The notes beneath the pieces were generated by a model. That model did not search any database and had not been told where the DNA came from. It saw only the letters and a program-made list of their open reading frames with translations. Positions 26,266 through 33,748 of a stretch of 33,748 nucleotides of DNA are shown here, piece after piece. The stretch lies in UHGV virus genome UHGV-0125592; one strand, given 5' to 3'. This DNA comes from a virus. How positions within the stretch are numbered: position 1 is the stretch's first letter; the number at the start of each line of letters is the position of its first letter. Both the position numbers and the translations under genes were made by a program.

Positions 26266-26592
26266 TTATCTCCCTGAACTTTTGCCTGAAATGCTCAAGT
26301 GGGCTGAAGCATTCGTGTGGATAGCCATCTCGCAGGTAGATAACGCGCTGTGTTTCTGGCTCCCAGCGGATAACACGGACTGGCACTCCGCGGTAATCTT
26401 TGAACCTTCGGTTAAGTTCGCGCGCAGGCGTTTTGCCCTCCGATAGTAGACCCCCACAATTACGGCAGCCTGGCTGTGGTTACATGACACCCAGCGATTT
26501 GATACTTTGCATTCATACCGAAACAGCGGAAGACCAGGAACCGGGATCATTCGCAGTTGCGGTAAGTGAGGATTTACGATTAAATTGCTCAT
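26266..26592 (-). CDS. Hypothetical small protein between the CII-like and O-like genes (uncertain)
   Basis: Only long minus-strand frame in the gap; ATG at 26592 with GGAG upstream, 5 nt after the CII-like stop; odd composition, and a plus-strand ORF (26249-26446) overlaps it. Confidence 0.25.
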   Translation of the reverse strand: MSNLIVNPHLPQLRMIPVPGLPLFRYECKVSNRWVSCNHSQAAVIVGVYYRRAKRLRANLTEGSKITAECQSVLSAGSQKHSALSTCEMAIHTNASAHLSISGKSSGR

Positions 26593-26597
26593 GCGGA

Positions 26598-27149
26598 TTA
26601 TTTCTCCATACTCGAAGAGTTGTTCGCCAAGGCGCCCGGAGCTGCACACTCGCGGGCGTCACTCTTTTCAGCGACACAAAAAACTCGATAAAGAAGCGTT
26701 ACGTGCTCCTGGAACTTCGCGATAACCTGATAGCTGTTTTCCTCAATCTGAGCACGCTCATCTGCGTCAATTACCCCATCAGCCGTGGCTTTACGTACAA
26801 AATTAGAATGACGACCTATCCATTCGATTGATTCCATCAGCCGCTGGTTGATATCGGCATTATCCAGATCATCAACATCTGCCAGCGGTACAAATACGCC
26901 CTGAGAATGGCGCGCAACGGCATCAGCGATATGGGTTGAACCACCAGCACGTTGTAAAACCATTGCCCAGCCCAGCGGGAAGATCTGGTCGCCATCAATA
27001 CGAAGGCGGTTAAACAATGCGTTCTCTGTCACGCCCAACCATTCCGCCGCCTCGGCATAACCGCCATGTAGATCGGTGATCGTTTTTTTTATCGCCGCAA
27101 CCAGCCAGGCTGGCTGGCGTTCGACTTTCCAAATAGGTTCGTTACCCAC
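26598..27149 (-). CDS. CII-like phage regulatory protein (CP76/YdaT-type architecture)
   Basis: 183-aa ORF immediately downstream of the cro-like gene, the position of lambda cII/ydaT; family assignment is from sequence pattern only. Confidence 0.5.
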   Translation of the reverse strand: MGNEPIWKVERQPAWLVAAIKKTITDLHGGYAEAAEWLGVTENALFNRLRIDGDQIFPLGWAMVLQRAGGSTHIADAVARHSQGVFVPLADVDDLDNADINQRLMESIEWIGRHSNFVRKATADGVIDADERAQIEENSYQVIAKFQEHVTLLYRVFCVAEKSDARECAAPGALANNSSSMEK

Positions 27150-27171
27150 GGCTTACTCCTTTTTCCTGTGG

Positions 27172-27375
27172 TTACTGGTTAGCAGATACGCCTGTAACCT
27201 TGTGATACAGGGATGCGTCATACTTAAGTTTCCCATTAGTAATTCTCTCTATTACGAAGGCTTGCTTCTCAGGGATGACTTTTCCCCAACGACATACGGC
27301 AGGGTGTGAGATATTCAAAGCAACAGCGGTTTTAGAGATACCGCCAAAATGCTTTACGACTTCGGACTTATACAT
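27172..27375 (-). CDS. cro: Cro-like HTH regulator (YdaS/Cro family)
   Basis: 67 aa with HTH (GGISKTAVALNISHPAVCRWGK); divergent from cI across the operator region; GGAGG ribosome-binding site. Confidence 0.7.
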   Translation of the reverse strand: MYKSEVVKHFGGISKTAVALNISHPAVCRWGKVIPEKQAFVIERITNGKLKYDASLYHKVTGVSANQ

Positions 27376-27467
27376 AGTTCCTCCGGTGTAATGAATGAGA
27401 TAAAGGTAACAAAAGGTACATTAAATAGCAAACAACAGTTACAGAAAAAGGGTGTAACATTGGTTAC
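27376..27467. promoter_or_regulatory. Right operator/promoter region (OR) between cro and cI
   Basis: Operator-like sites AGGTAACAAAAGGTACAT (27404-27421) and the perfect palindrome TGTAAC-ATTG-GTTACA (27454-27469), which overlaps the cI start codon. Confidence 0.55.
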
Positions 27468-28127
27468 ATGAAAACAGAGATGAAAGACCGCATCAGATCC
27501 AGACGAATCCAGCTGGATATAACCCAACTAGCACTGGCTAAAAAGCTTGGTGTAAGCCGTGTATCGGTTACAAAATGGGAAAACGGCACGACTAAGCCTG
27601 ATGGTGAGAACCTTCACCAGTTGGCTCAGGCTCTATCAACAACACCAGAGTGGATACTCTATGGAAGCGGTGATGAGGTCATTGACGACACGCGCGTCGT
27701 GCCTTTTTTGAAACCCCCTGTAGCTGTACCGATCATTTCGGCAGTTCAAGCCGGTTTATGGACGGAAAGCTATGCCTGCTCAAGACTTACAGACGTGATT
27801 TCCTGGACTCAAACAACTGCAAATGTATCGGATGAAGCGTTTGGGTTAGTAGTCCGCGGGGAGTCGATGACTAACCCGCAAGGACTTCCATCTATACCTG
27901 AAGGTTCTATTGTTATAGTCGAGCCCCATTATGGGCAGCTTGATGATCTATATGGGAAAATAGTTGTTGCTATTTTGGATGGGACTTCAGAAGCAACGGT
28001 TAAAAAATTAGTTTGGGATAGCCCCTACTCATACCTAATGCCACTAAATCCGTTATTTAAGCCAATCCAAATTGATGGCAACTGTCGCATTGTCGGAAAA
28101 GTTGTACAAATCACTCAAAACATCTAA
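27468..28127 (+). CDS. cI: CI-type prophage repressor (HTH plus S24 LexA-like autopeptidase domain)
   Basis: N-terminal XRE-type HTH (LDITQLALAKKLGVSRVSVTKWENG), C-terminal S24 domain with Ser (GESM) and Lys (TVKKL) dyad; start codon abuts an operator, suggesting leaderless translation as for lambda cI. Confidence 0.85.
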   Translation: MKTEMKDRIRSRRIQLDITQLALAKKLGVSRVSVTKWENGTTKPDGENLHQLAQALSTTPEWILYGSGDEVIDDTRVVPFLKPPVAVPIISAVQAGLWTESYACSRLTDVISWTQTTANVSDEAFGLVVRGESMTNPQGLPSIPEGSIVIVEPHYGQLDDLYGKIVVAILDGTSEATVKKLVWDSPYSYLMPLNPLFKPIQIDGNCRIVGKVVQITQNI

Positions 28128-28143
28128 TCCCTTCAAAATTAGG

Positions 28144-28168
28144 AGCCGAGCATAGCCTCGGCTTTTTT
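28144..28168 (+). terminator. Intrinsic terminator after cI
   Basis: AGCCGAG-CATAGC-CTCGGCT hairpin followed by TTTTTT, 17 nt after the cI stop. Confidence 0.6.
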
Positions 28169-28177
28169 ACACGTCCA

Positions 28178-28261
28178 AAGGTAACATAAAGTACATTACT
28201 CACTTGACCGCCAAGGTAACTAAAGGTACATTTAAATTATCAAACGTAACCATTGGTACGT
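28178..28261. promoter_or_regulatory. Left operator/promoter region (OL/PL) with three operator sites
   Basis: AAGGTAACATAAAGTACAT (28178-28196), AAGGTAACTAAAGGTACAT (28213-28231), ACGTAACCATTGGTACGT (28244-28261), same family as the OR sites; candidate PL TTGACC (28204-28209) and TACATT (28227-28232). Confidence 0.55.
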
Positions 28262-28359
28262 TTGGTGAAGATAACAAATGCCTTGTATCACTATTCTGGC
28301 GGCCCAGTGTTTTCCCTTGTGTCTGGTTACCGCCAGCCTTTTTTCAAGGCACAACATGA

Positions 28360-28419
28360 AAGCGCACTCCTTCAATTACCAGTTATGGGTGACAGGTGTG
28401 AAACAAGCGGAGTGCGCTT
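28360..28419 (+). other. Long inverted repeat (11-bp stem, about 38-nt loop) in the PL leader
   Basis: AAGCGCACTCC (28360-28370) pairs with GGAGTGCGCTT (28409-28419); a second hairpin CGGCGG-TTGCAG-CCGCC (28442-28457) lies just before the first PL gene. Confidence 0.4.
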
Positions 28420-28475
28420 CCAGTTGAGTATGGAGAAAGATCGGCGGTTGCAGCCGCCTTAACGAGGGTAAAACC

Positions 28476-28847
28476 ATGAGTAATGACCGCATGACCGTAG
28501 TGCCAGATTTTCTTGGCGAACTGGATGCCGGCGTGTTCATGAACAAAATCGCGGCAGCACTTAATACCACCGCGCTTGGTGTTCTAAACAACGGCAACAA
28601 AGGAAAAGTAGTCCTCACCTTTGATTTTGAGCGCATGGGTAATTCCGTTGAAGAGAAGCGCGTCAAGATCAAGCACAAGCTGAACTACAGCACCCCAACA
28701 CCGCGTGGTAAAGCCTCCGAGGAGGACACAACCGAAACCCCGATGTGGGTCAACAAAGGCGGGAAGCTCACCATCCTGCAGGAAGATCAGGGTCAGCTGT
28801 TCGGGATCACTGGCGCGGTGGATGGAAAGCTTAAAGCGGCTCAGTGA
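28476..28847 (+). CDS. Hypothetical protein, first gene of the PL operon
   Basis: 123-aa ORF with GAGGG ribosome-binding site; not Arg-rich, so not N-like. Confidence 0.5.
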   Translation: MSNDRMTVVPDFLGELDAGVFMNKIAAALNTTALGVLNNGNKGKVVLTFDFERMGNSVEEKRVKIKHKLNYSTPTPRGKASEEDTTETPMWVNKGGKLTILQEDQGQLFGITGAVDGKLKAAQ

Positions 28848-28903
28848 TCCGCAACAACAAACTCACTGATACCACTTCGATCATCAGTTAATAAGGAATT
28901 TCT

Positions 28904-29731
28904 ATGTCTCAGTTAGACAGCGGTACATTTCAGCAGGTAAAAGACCTGGTCCTTTCAGGCTACCACCTGAATGATATTCATGGCCTGGCTTGCCCGACCG
29001 CATTGCTGCCAGATGGTACTAGCGTTGAAAGCCTTGAGCGCTTTTCTCTGGAGCGTTTCCGCTTCCGTGGTGCAATGACAACAACCAGTATTGACGACTT
29101 CGCACGTTATTCTAAAGGTTACGCCAGCGCCAGCGAGCCTGCCCGTTGCTTCATTGACGCTGACAACATGACCGCTCGTTCAGTGTTCAACATCGGCACC
29201 CTGGATAATCCCGGCCACGCCGATAACGTTGCTTCGATCACCCTGAAGAAAACCGCCCCGTTCCGCGCGTTACTGCAGATCGATGGTCAACGTCTGAAGC
29301 AAAAGCAAATCGCTGAATGGCTGGAAGACTGGAGTGATTACCTGCTGGCGTTTGACGCCGATGGTAATACGATGCAGATTTCCCAGGCTGCTCAGGCAGT
29401 GCGTCGTATCACCATTCAACAAGCAACCCAGCAGGACCATGAAACTGGTGATTTCGCTGGTAAAAAATCGCTGATGCAAAGCGTTGAAGCAAGCAGCAAA
29501 GACGTAATGCCCGTGGCGTTCGAGTTCAAATGTATGCCGTATGAAGGGCTGGGCGAACGCCGCTTTAGCTTGCGTAACAGCCTGCTGACCAGCGATGAAC
29601 CCTGCTTTGTTCTGCGCATCGTCCAACTGGAAGCACAGGAAGAAGCGATCGCCAACGAATTCCGCGATTTGCTGATCAGCAAGTTCGACGGTGAATCAGT
29701 GGAAACTTTCATCGGTAACTTTAAAGCGTAA
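28904..29731 (+). CDS. DUF2303-like protein (YfdQ-like)
   Basis: 275-aa ORF with AAGGAA ribosome-binding site; size and position match the yfdQ-type gene preceding an HD-domain gene in E. coli cryptic prophages. Confidence 0.5.
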   Translation: MSQLDSGTFQQVKDLVLSGYHLNDIHGLACPTALLPDGTSVESLERFSLERFRFRGAMTTTSIDDFARYSKGYASASEPARCFIDADNMTARSVFNIGTLDNPGHADNVASITLKKTAPFRALLQIDGQRLKQKQIAEWLEDWSDYLLAFDADGNTMQISQAAQAVRRITIQQATQQDHETGDFAGKKSLMQSVEASSKDVMPVAFEFKCMPYEGLGERRFSLRNSLLTSDEPCFVLRIVQLEAQEEAIANEFRDLLISKFDGESVETFIGNFKA

Positions 29732-29859
29732 TTGCTCTGCATTAAATCCCCGGCGCCGCGGGGATTTATTGAAGCGTAATTCCACTAATTATCGCCAACC
29801 GGCGAGGGATTCGTGCAACCAAAATCTGCGCGGTGCAGCGCGCCAATATGGAGAAAACC

Positions 29860-30399
29860 ATGAGCTACATTCAAACATTATCCGGTAAAAAATTTAACTA
29901 CCTGACCGCCACTATCGACGATATCGATGTTGAGGATATCGCGACTGCTCTTTCCAACATCTGTCGATTCGCTGGGCATCTTCCAGAGTTCTACAGCGTG
30001 GCCAAGCACTCTGTGCTTGTAAGCCAGATTGTTCCGCCAGAGTTCGCATTTGAAGCGCTGATGCACGACGCTGCGGAGGCATATTGCCAGGACATTCCTG
30101 CCCCGCTCAAAGCCCTGTTACCAGACTACCAACGCATGGAAACTTATGTTGATGGTCTTATCCGCTTTAAATTCGGTATCTCTCTTGAACAAGCTGCTGT
30201 CGTGAAATATGCCGATCTCACCATGTTAGCCACCGAGCGCCGTGATCTGGAAATCGATGACGGTTCGAAGTGGGAAATTCTCGAAGGTATTCCCTGCTCT
30301 GATCTCGTTCAGGTTATCCCTCTCCGTCCTGGTCAAGCCTATGGCCTGTTCATGAATCGCTTTAACGAACTGATGGATCTGCGCCAATGCGCCGCATGA
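29860..30399 (+). CDS. HD-domain phosphohydrolase (YfdR-like)
   Basis: HD motif (ALMHDAAEAY) with upstream His (AKHSVLVSQ); ATG at 29860 preceded by GGAGAAAACC; the longer ORF from 29833 is an alternative. Confidence 0.65.
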   Translation: MSYIQTLSGKKFNYLTATIDDIDVEDIATALSNICRFAGHLPEFYSVAKHSVLVSQIVPPEFAFEALMHDAAEAYCQDIPAPLKALLPDYQRMETYVDGLIRFKFGISLEQAAVVKYADLTMLATERRDLEIDDGSKWEILEGIPCSDLVQVIPLRPGQAYGLFMNRFNELMDLRQCAA

Positions 30400-30572
30400 A
30401 GGTAAAAGAGCTCGTAGCGGAGGCTTTTACCTCCGTTGCTGAATTACCACCAAAACATGCACCGCTTATGCGCGAAGTCGCCACCAGACTGGACGCTACG
30501 TTCGCAGCATTAAAAGAGTCTCTGGTGCAACTGGAACAGGAACGTAAAGGTAAACGCCATGACCGTATTTGA
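30387..30572 (+). CDS. Small hypothetical protein
   Basis: 61-aa ORF overlapping the end of the HD-domain gene and the start of the next gene. Confidence 0.35.
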   Translation: MRRMKVKELVAEAFTSVAELPPKHAPLMREVATRLDATFAALKESLVQLEQERKGKRHDRI

Positions 30573-30813
30573 ATATCTCCAGGCTCATCCGAATACCACC
30601 AGCGGTGAAATCGCCAAAGGTATGAACAAAAAGACACCCGCGGTCGCTGGCGCATTATCGCAACTCTATGGCACCGGCCGGATCGTGAAATCTGGTGTTC
30701 GCAAGGGAATTCCTACTTACCGTGTTAACGATATGCCGTTTGGGTGTAGTAACAGCCTAACCATGATGTTTAACCAGCTCTTGAACAGAGCCAGAGAAGG
30801 AGCAGCCCAATGA
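30559..30813 (+). CDS. Small winged-helix-like DNA-binding protein (hypothetical)
   Basis: 84 aa; HTH-like segment TSGEIAKGMNKKTPAVAGALSQLYGTGRIVKSG; overlaps neighbours. Confidence 0.4.
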   Translation: MTVFEYLQAHPNTTSGEIAKGMNKKTPAVAGALSQLYGTGRIVKSGVRKGIPTYRVNDMPFGCSNSLTMMFNQLLNRAREGAAQ

Positions 30814-31139
30814 CAGTACTCAATAAACACAGGGAATTGCGCAAAGAGCTTTCAAACCCCGCAATAGGCAGCAATCACCACCTGCGAAAACTGGCCCTGT
30901 CGTTGCTGGATGAGCTGGAAACCAAAGAAGAACAACGCGCCAATTGGTTTCAAATGGCGCAGAAGTTAGGCGAGGATCTGGATGCCGCAGAGAAGCGCAT
31001 AACTGACTATCACACAGTGCTTAACAATCTCGCCGCCGTCGCCCGTCGCTATCTGCCAGATTATGACGAGCATCCTGATATTCAGGCCGCTGACGACTTG
31101 TTAGAAAGCGCCGCTGGCATTGGCGTGAAGGGGGATTGA
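30810..31139 (+). CDS. Hypothetical protein
   Basis: 109-aa ORF, overlapping start/stop with neighbours in the PL operon. Confidence 0.4.
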   Translation: MTVLNKHRELRKELSNPAIGSNHHLRKLALSLLDELETKEEQRANWFQMAQKLGEDLDAAEKRITDYHTVLNNLAAVARRYLPDYDEHPDIQAADDLLESAAGIGVKGD

Positions 31140-31612
31140 TGGCAGAGCAAACAATTTTGGACCTGTGCTGCGGCTCCCGCATGTTCTGGTTCAACAAGCA
31201 GGACACCCGCGCCGTGTTCACTGATATCCGCGCCGAAGAGCATGAGCTGTGCGACGGTCGCCGCCTGGTTATCAGTCCCGACCTGATTGCCGATTTTCGT
31301 TCACTGCCGTTCTCTGACTCTTCTTTTCCGGTTGTGGTGTTTGACCCGCCGCACCTCGAGCGCGTGGGCCAGTCTGCCTGGATGGGTAAAAAATACGGGC
31401 GATTGAACAAAAAAACGTGGCGTTCTGATTTGCGAACAGGATTCAAAGAGGCTTTCCGTGTACTGCGGCCACACGGCGTTCTCATATTCAAATGGAACGA
31501 GACGCAGATCCCGGTTAGCCAGATTTTGGCGCTTACAGATGTAAAACCTGCAATTGGTCAACGTACCGGGAAGAACGACAAAACTCACTGGATTATTTTT
31601 GTGAAGGACTAA
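31136..31612 (+). CDS. Small SAM-dependent DNA methyltransferase (DPPH motif)
   Basis: Motif I-like ILDLCCGS and motif IV VVVFDPPH (amino-methyltransferase type) in a 158-aa protein. Confidence 0.65.
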   Translation: MMAEQTILDLCCGSRMFWFNKQDTRAVFTDIRAEEHELCDGRRLVISPDLIADFRSLPFSDSSFPVVVFDPPHLERVGQSAWMGKKYGRLNKKTWRSDLRTGFKEAFRVLRPHGVLIFKWNETQIPVSQILALTDVKPAIGQRTGKNDKTHWIIFVKD

Positions 31613-31615
31613 CTC

Positions 31616-32050
31616 ATGACAACTAATAACCACCCGGCGCACGGCCCTGTATCACTCGATCGCCTGCACCAGATACGCGAACACCTGCAGCATGATACCC
31701 AGTACTCAAACGGAGGGAACAGAGCTTACATTCTCGCGGATATGTTGAAGGTGGTAGATGAGGTTTTGGCAAGTAGGACCGCCGAGCCAGTGGCAGATGT
31801 CGTTGCCTGGCGCAAAGAAGGTGAAGAAAGAACCTGTGATATACGCTGGCGCCGTTTTGATGTTCAACCTGGCCCCCTTTACGGTGTCCCACCTTCATCG
31901 CGTTTACTCTTAGATGAATTACGTAGGCAGATCGGATCCCTGCTAAATTCTGACGGTTATCGCGGAGCTGATTTCGACTTGCTCGATTACCTGAAAGCTC
32001 GGGACAGCATAGTAGATCTCTTCCATTCATCTAGCTCCTGTAACAGCTAA
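31616..32050 (+). CDS. Hypothetical protein
   Basis: 144-aa ORF between the methyltransferase and excisionase genes. Confidence 0.4.
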   Translation: MTTNNHPAHGPVSLDRLHQIREHLQHDTQYSNGGNRAYILADMLKVVDEVLASRTAEPVADVVAWRKEGEERTCDIRWRRFDVQPGPLYGVPPSSRLLLDELRRQIGSLLNSDGYRGADFDLLDYLKARDSIVDLFHSSSSCNS

Positions 32051-32089
32051 TAATTACCCCGGGTGCAGCCGGGTAATGGATAAATAACC

Positions 32090-32326
32090 ATGAGCAATAT
32101 TTTCCAGTTAGCCCCCAACGAGTGGGTTTGTGAAAGCGTTCTTATCGCGGTTACCGGCCTCAAACCCGGAACCATCCTACGGGCAAGAAAAGAGTGCTGG
32201 ATGGTTGGGAGGGAATATATCCACGTCTCACCAGACGGGAATCCAAAACCGTCCAGTGAGTGCATGTATAACAGAAAGGCTGTAGATGCCTGGGTCGCTT
32301 CAATGAAAAGCAAGCAGCCAGGGTGA
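32090..32326 (+). CDS. xis: Excisionase-like protein
   Basis: 78-aa protein immediately upstream of the integrase; winged-helix-like N-terminus (WVCESVLIAVTGLKPGTILRARKECWMVGREY). Confidence 0.6.
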   Translation: MSNIFQLAPNEWVCESVLIAVTGLKPGTILRARKECWMVGREYIHVSPDGNPKPSSECMYNRKAVDAWVASMKSKQPG

Positions 32327-32384
32327 TTTGATGCCATGAAAAAGGTAAGCTCGTATCGCTCTTGGGCGTCTGGAGGTAACACCA

Positions 32385-33698
32385 ATGGATAAAGTCACAT
32401 ATCCAACAGGCGTCGAAAACCACGGTGGCACATTACGCATCTGGTTTAATTTTAAAGGTAAGCGTGTCAGGGAAAGTCTCGGTGTCCCTGACACCTCTAA
32501 GAACAGGAAGATAGCCGGGGAACTGCGGACATCAGTATGTTTTGCCATCCGCACAGGAACCTTTGATTATGCAACCCAGTTTCCTGACTCCCCTAACCTC
32601 AAGGCTTTTGGTGTAAGTAAAAAAGACATTACAGTAAAAGAACTTGAAGAAAAGTGGCTGGATCTGAAACGGATGGAAATCTGCGCGAACGCATTCAATC
32701 GCTATGAGTCTGTCGCAAGGAATATGGTACCGAGGATCGGAGGTAATCGCCTGGTGTCAGCAGTAACCAAAGAGGAATTGCTGTATCTCAGGAAAGATTT
32801 GCTAACTGGTTACCAGAATCCGACGAAAAACAAATCCCCGGCAAAAGGGCGAAGCGTTGTTACTGTGAACTATTACATGACGACAATGGCCGGAATGTTT
32901 CAGTTTGCTGCGGATCACGGTTACTTAGAGGTGAACCCATTCGAGGGAATTAAGCCTCTGAAAAAAGCCAGGGCAGAACCAGATCCTCTTTCTCGTGATG
33001 AATTTATTCGCCTGATAGATGCATGCCGGCATCAGCAGACTAAAAACCTGTGGTCATTAGCAGTGTACACAGGAATGCGTCACGGGGAACTGGTCTCCCT
33101 GGCCTGGGAAGATATCGATCTGAAGGCGGGAACAATTACCGTCAGGCGTAATTATACGAAACTTGGTGAGTTCACTCTACCGAAAACCGAGGCAAGCACA
33201 GATCGAGTGGTGCATCTTATCCAGCCCGCAATCAGTATCCTGAAAAATCAGGCTGAAATGACAAGGCTGGGCAGGCAACATCGCATTGAAGTTCAGTTAC
33301 GTGAGTATGGCCGTTCGGTGAACCATGAGTGTACATTCGTCTTTAACCCGCATGTGGTCAGACGCAGTAAGCAGGTCGGATTTATCTACCGGGTCGATTC
33401 AGTAGGCGACTCCTGGGAAGCGGCACTAAAGCGCGCGGGGATCAGACATAGAAAGGCGTACCAGTCACGACATACCTATGCGTGCTGGTCATTATCTGCT
33501 GGTGCAAACCCGAGTTTTATTGCCAGTCAGATGGGGCATGCGAGCGCGCAGATGGTGTTCAATGTTTACGGTGCATGGATGGCTGACAGCAGCGCAGAGC
33601 AGATCGCAATGCTCAATCAGAAGCTGGCAGATTTTGCCCCATTGATGCCCCATAGCCACGAGAGCAGTACGGGAGGATTATTAAAATCAGTAAGTTAA
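32385..33698 (+). CDS. int: Tyrosine recombinase / phage integrase
   Basis: 437 aa; N-terminal arm-binding region; catalytic core residues R (TGMRHGEL), H-x-x-R (SRHTYAC) and Tyr (MVFNVYGAWM); GGAGG ribosome-binding site. Confidence 0.85.
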   Translation: MDKVTYPTGVENHGGTLRIWFNFKGKRVRESLGVPDTSKNRKIAGELRTSVCFAIRTGTFDYATQFPDSPNLKAFGVSKKDITVKELEEKWLDLKRMEICANAFNRYESVARNMVPRIGGNRLVSAVTKEELLYLRKDLLTGYQNPTKNKSPAKGRSVVTVNYYMTTMAGMFQFAADHGYLEVNPFEGIKPLKKARAEPDPLSRDEFIRLIDACRHQQTKNLWSLAVYTGMRHGELVSLAWEDIDLKAGTITVRRNYTKLGEFTLPKTEASTDRVVHLIQPAISILKNQAEMTRLGRQHRIEVQLREYGRSVNHECTFVFNPHVVRRSKQVGFIYRVDSVGDSWEAALKRAGIRHRKAYQSRHTYACWSLSAGANPSFIASQMGHASAQMVFNVYGAWMADSSAEQIAMLNQKLADFAPLMPHSHESSTGGLLKSVS

Positions 33699-33748
33699 CC
33701 CCTAACGCCCGTCATGTTAACTGCGTGGAGGGCAATACCACGCTGTAT

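Noticed and set aside
26400-26831. 143-aa plus-strand ORF overlapping the CII-like gene
   Set aside because: Antisense to a minus-strand operon with tight gene packing; no ribosome-binding site. The shorter plus ORF at 26249-26446 was kept only as an alternative to the low-confidence minus-strand call.
28253-28462. 69-aa plus-strand ORF in the PL leader
   Set aside because: Begins on a non-ATG codon and spans the large inverted repeat; more likely a structured leader than a protein-coding region. A 49-aa alternative (ATG 28267) could not be excluded but has no ribosome-binding site.
32053-32075. Hairpin TTACCCCGGG-TGCAG-CCGGGTAA upstream of the excisionase gene
   Set aside because: Imperfect stem with no following T-tract; could be an attenuator or protein-binding site but evidence is too thin to call a terminator.
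1-33748. Scan for tRNA, CRISPR and insertion-sequence features
   Set aside because: No cloverleaf-like tRNA candidates, no regularly spaced direct-repeat array, and no transposase-like ORF or terminal inverted repeats were seen; the only tandem repeats are the ori iterons and operator sites.

Overview
The window reads as one nearly complete lambdoid prophage of an enterobacterial host (DLP12/Gifsy/lambda-like mosaic), laid out as the mirror image of the lambda prophage map. All calls are from reading the sequence and ORF track by eye; no database search or folding was run. Left to right: a partial lipoprotein gene; a P22 immI-like module (two antirepressors, arc-like and mnt-like ribbon-helix-helix repressors); lambda-like tail genes K, L, M, H, G-T, V, U, Z, FII; a head module with a fused ClpP-protease/capsid protein, portal, W, terminase large subunit and Nu1-like small subunit; a lambda-like cos site; an AT-rich moron block; the lysis cassette (pinholin, SAR endolysin, Rz/Rz1); a low-GC cargo island between lysis genes and antiterminator Q; a nin-like region (DUF968, Rha/KilAC antirepressor, RusA, Dam-like methyltransferase); an O-like initiator with internal iterons; CII-like, Cro-like and CI genes with operators on both sides of cI; and an early-left operon (DUF2303, HD-domain protein, small methyltransferase) ending in excisionase and a tyrosine integrase. 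The most interesting unexplained element is the cargo island between Q and the holin: a three-gene operon of predicted membrane proteins on the opposite strand plus a divergent 165-aa gene, flanked by tandem intrinsic terminators and a candidate small RNA. No tRNA, rRNA, CRISPR array or transposase was recognised.
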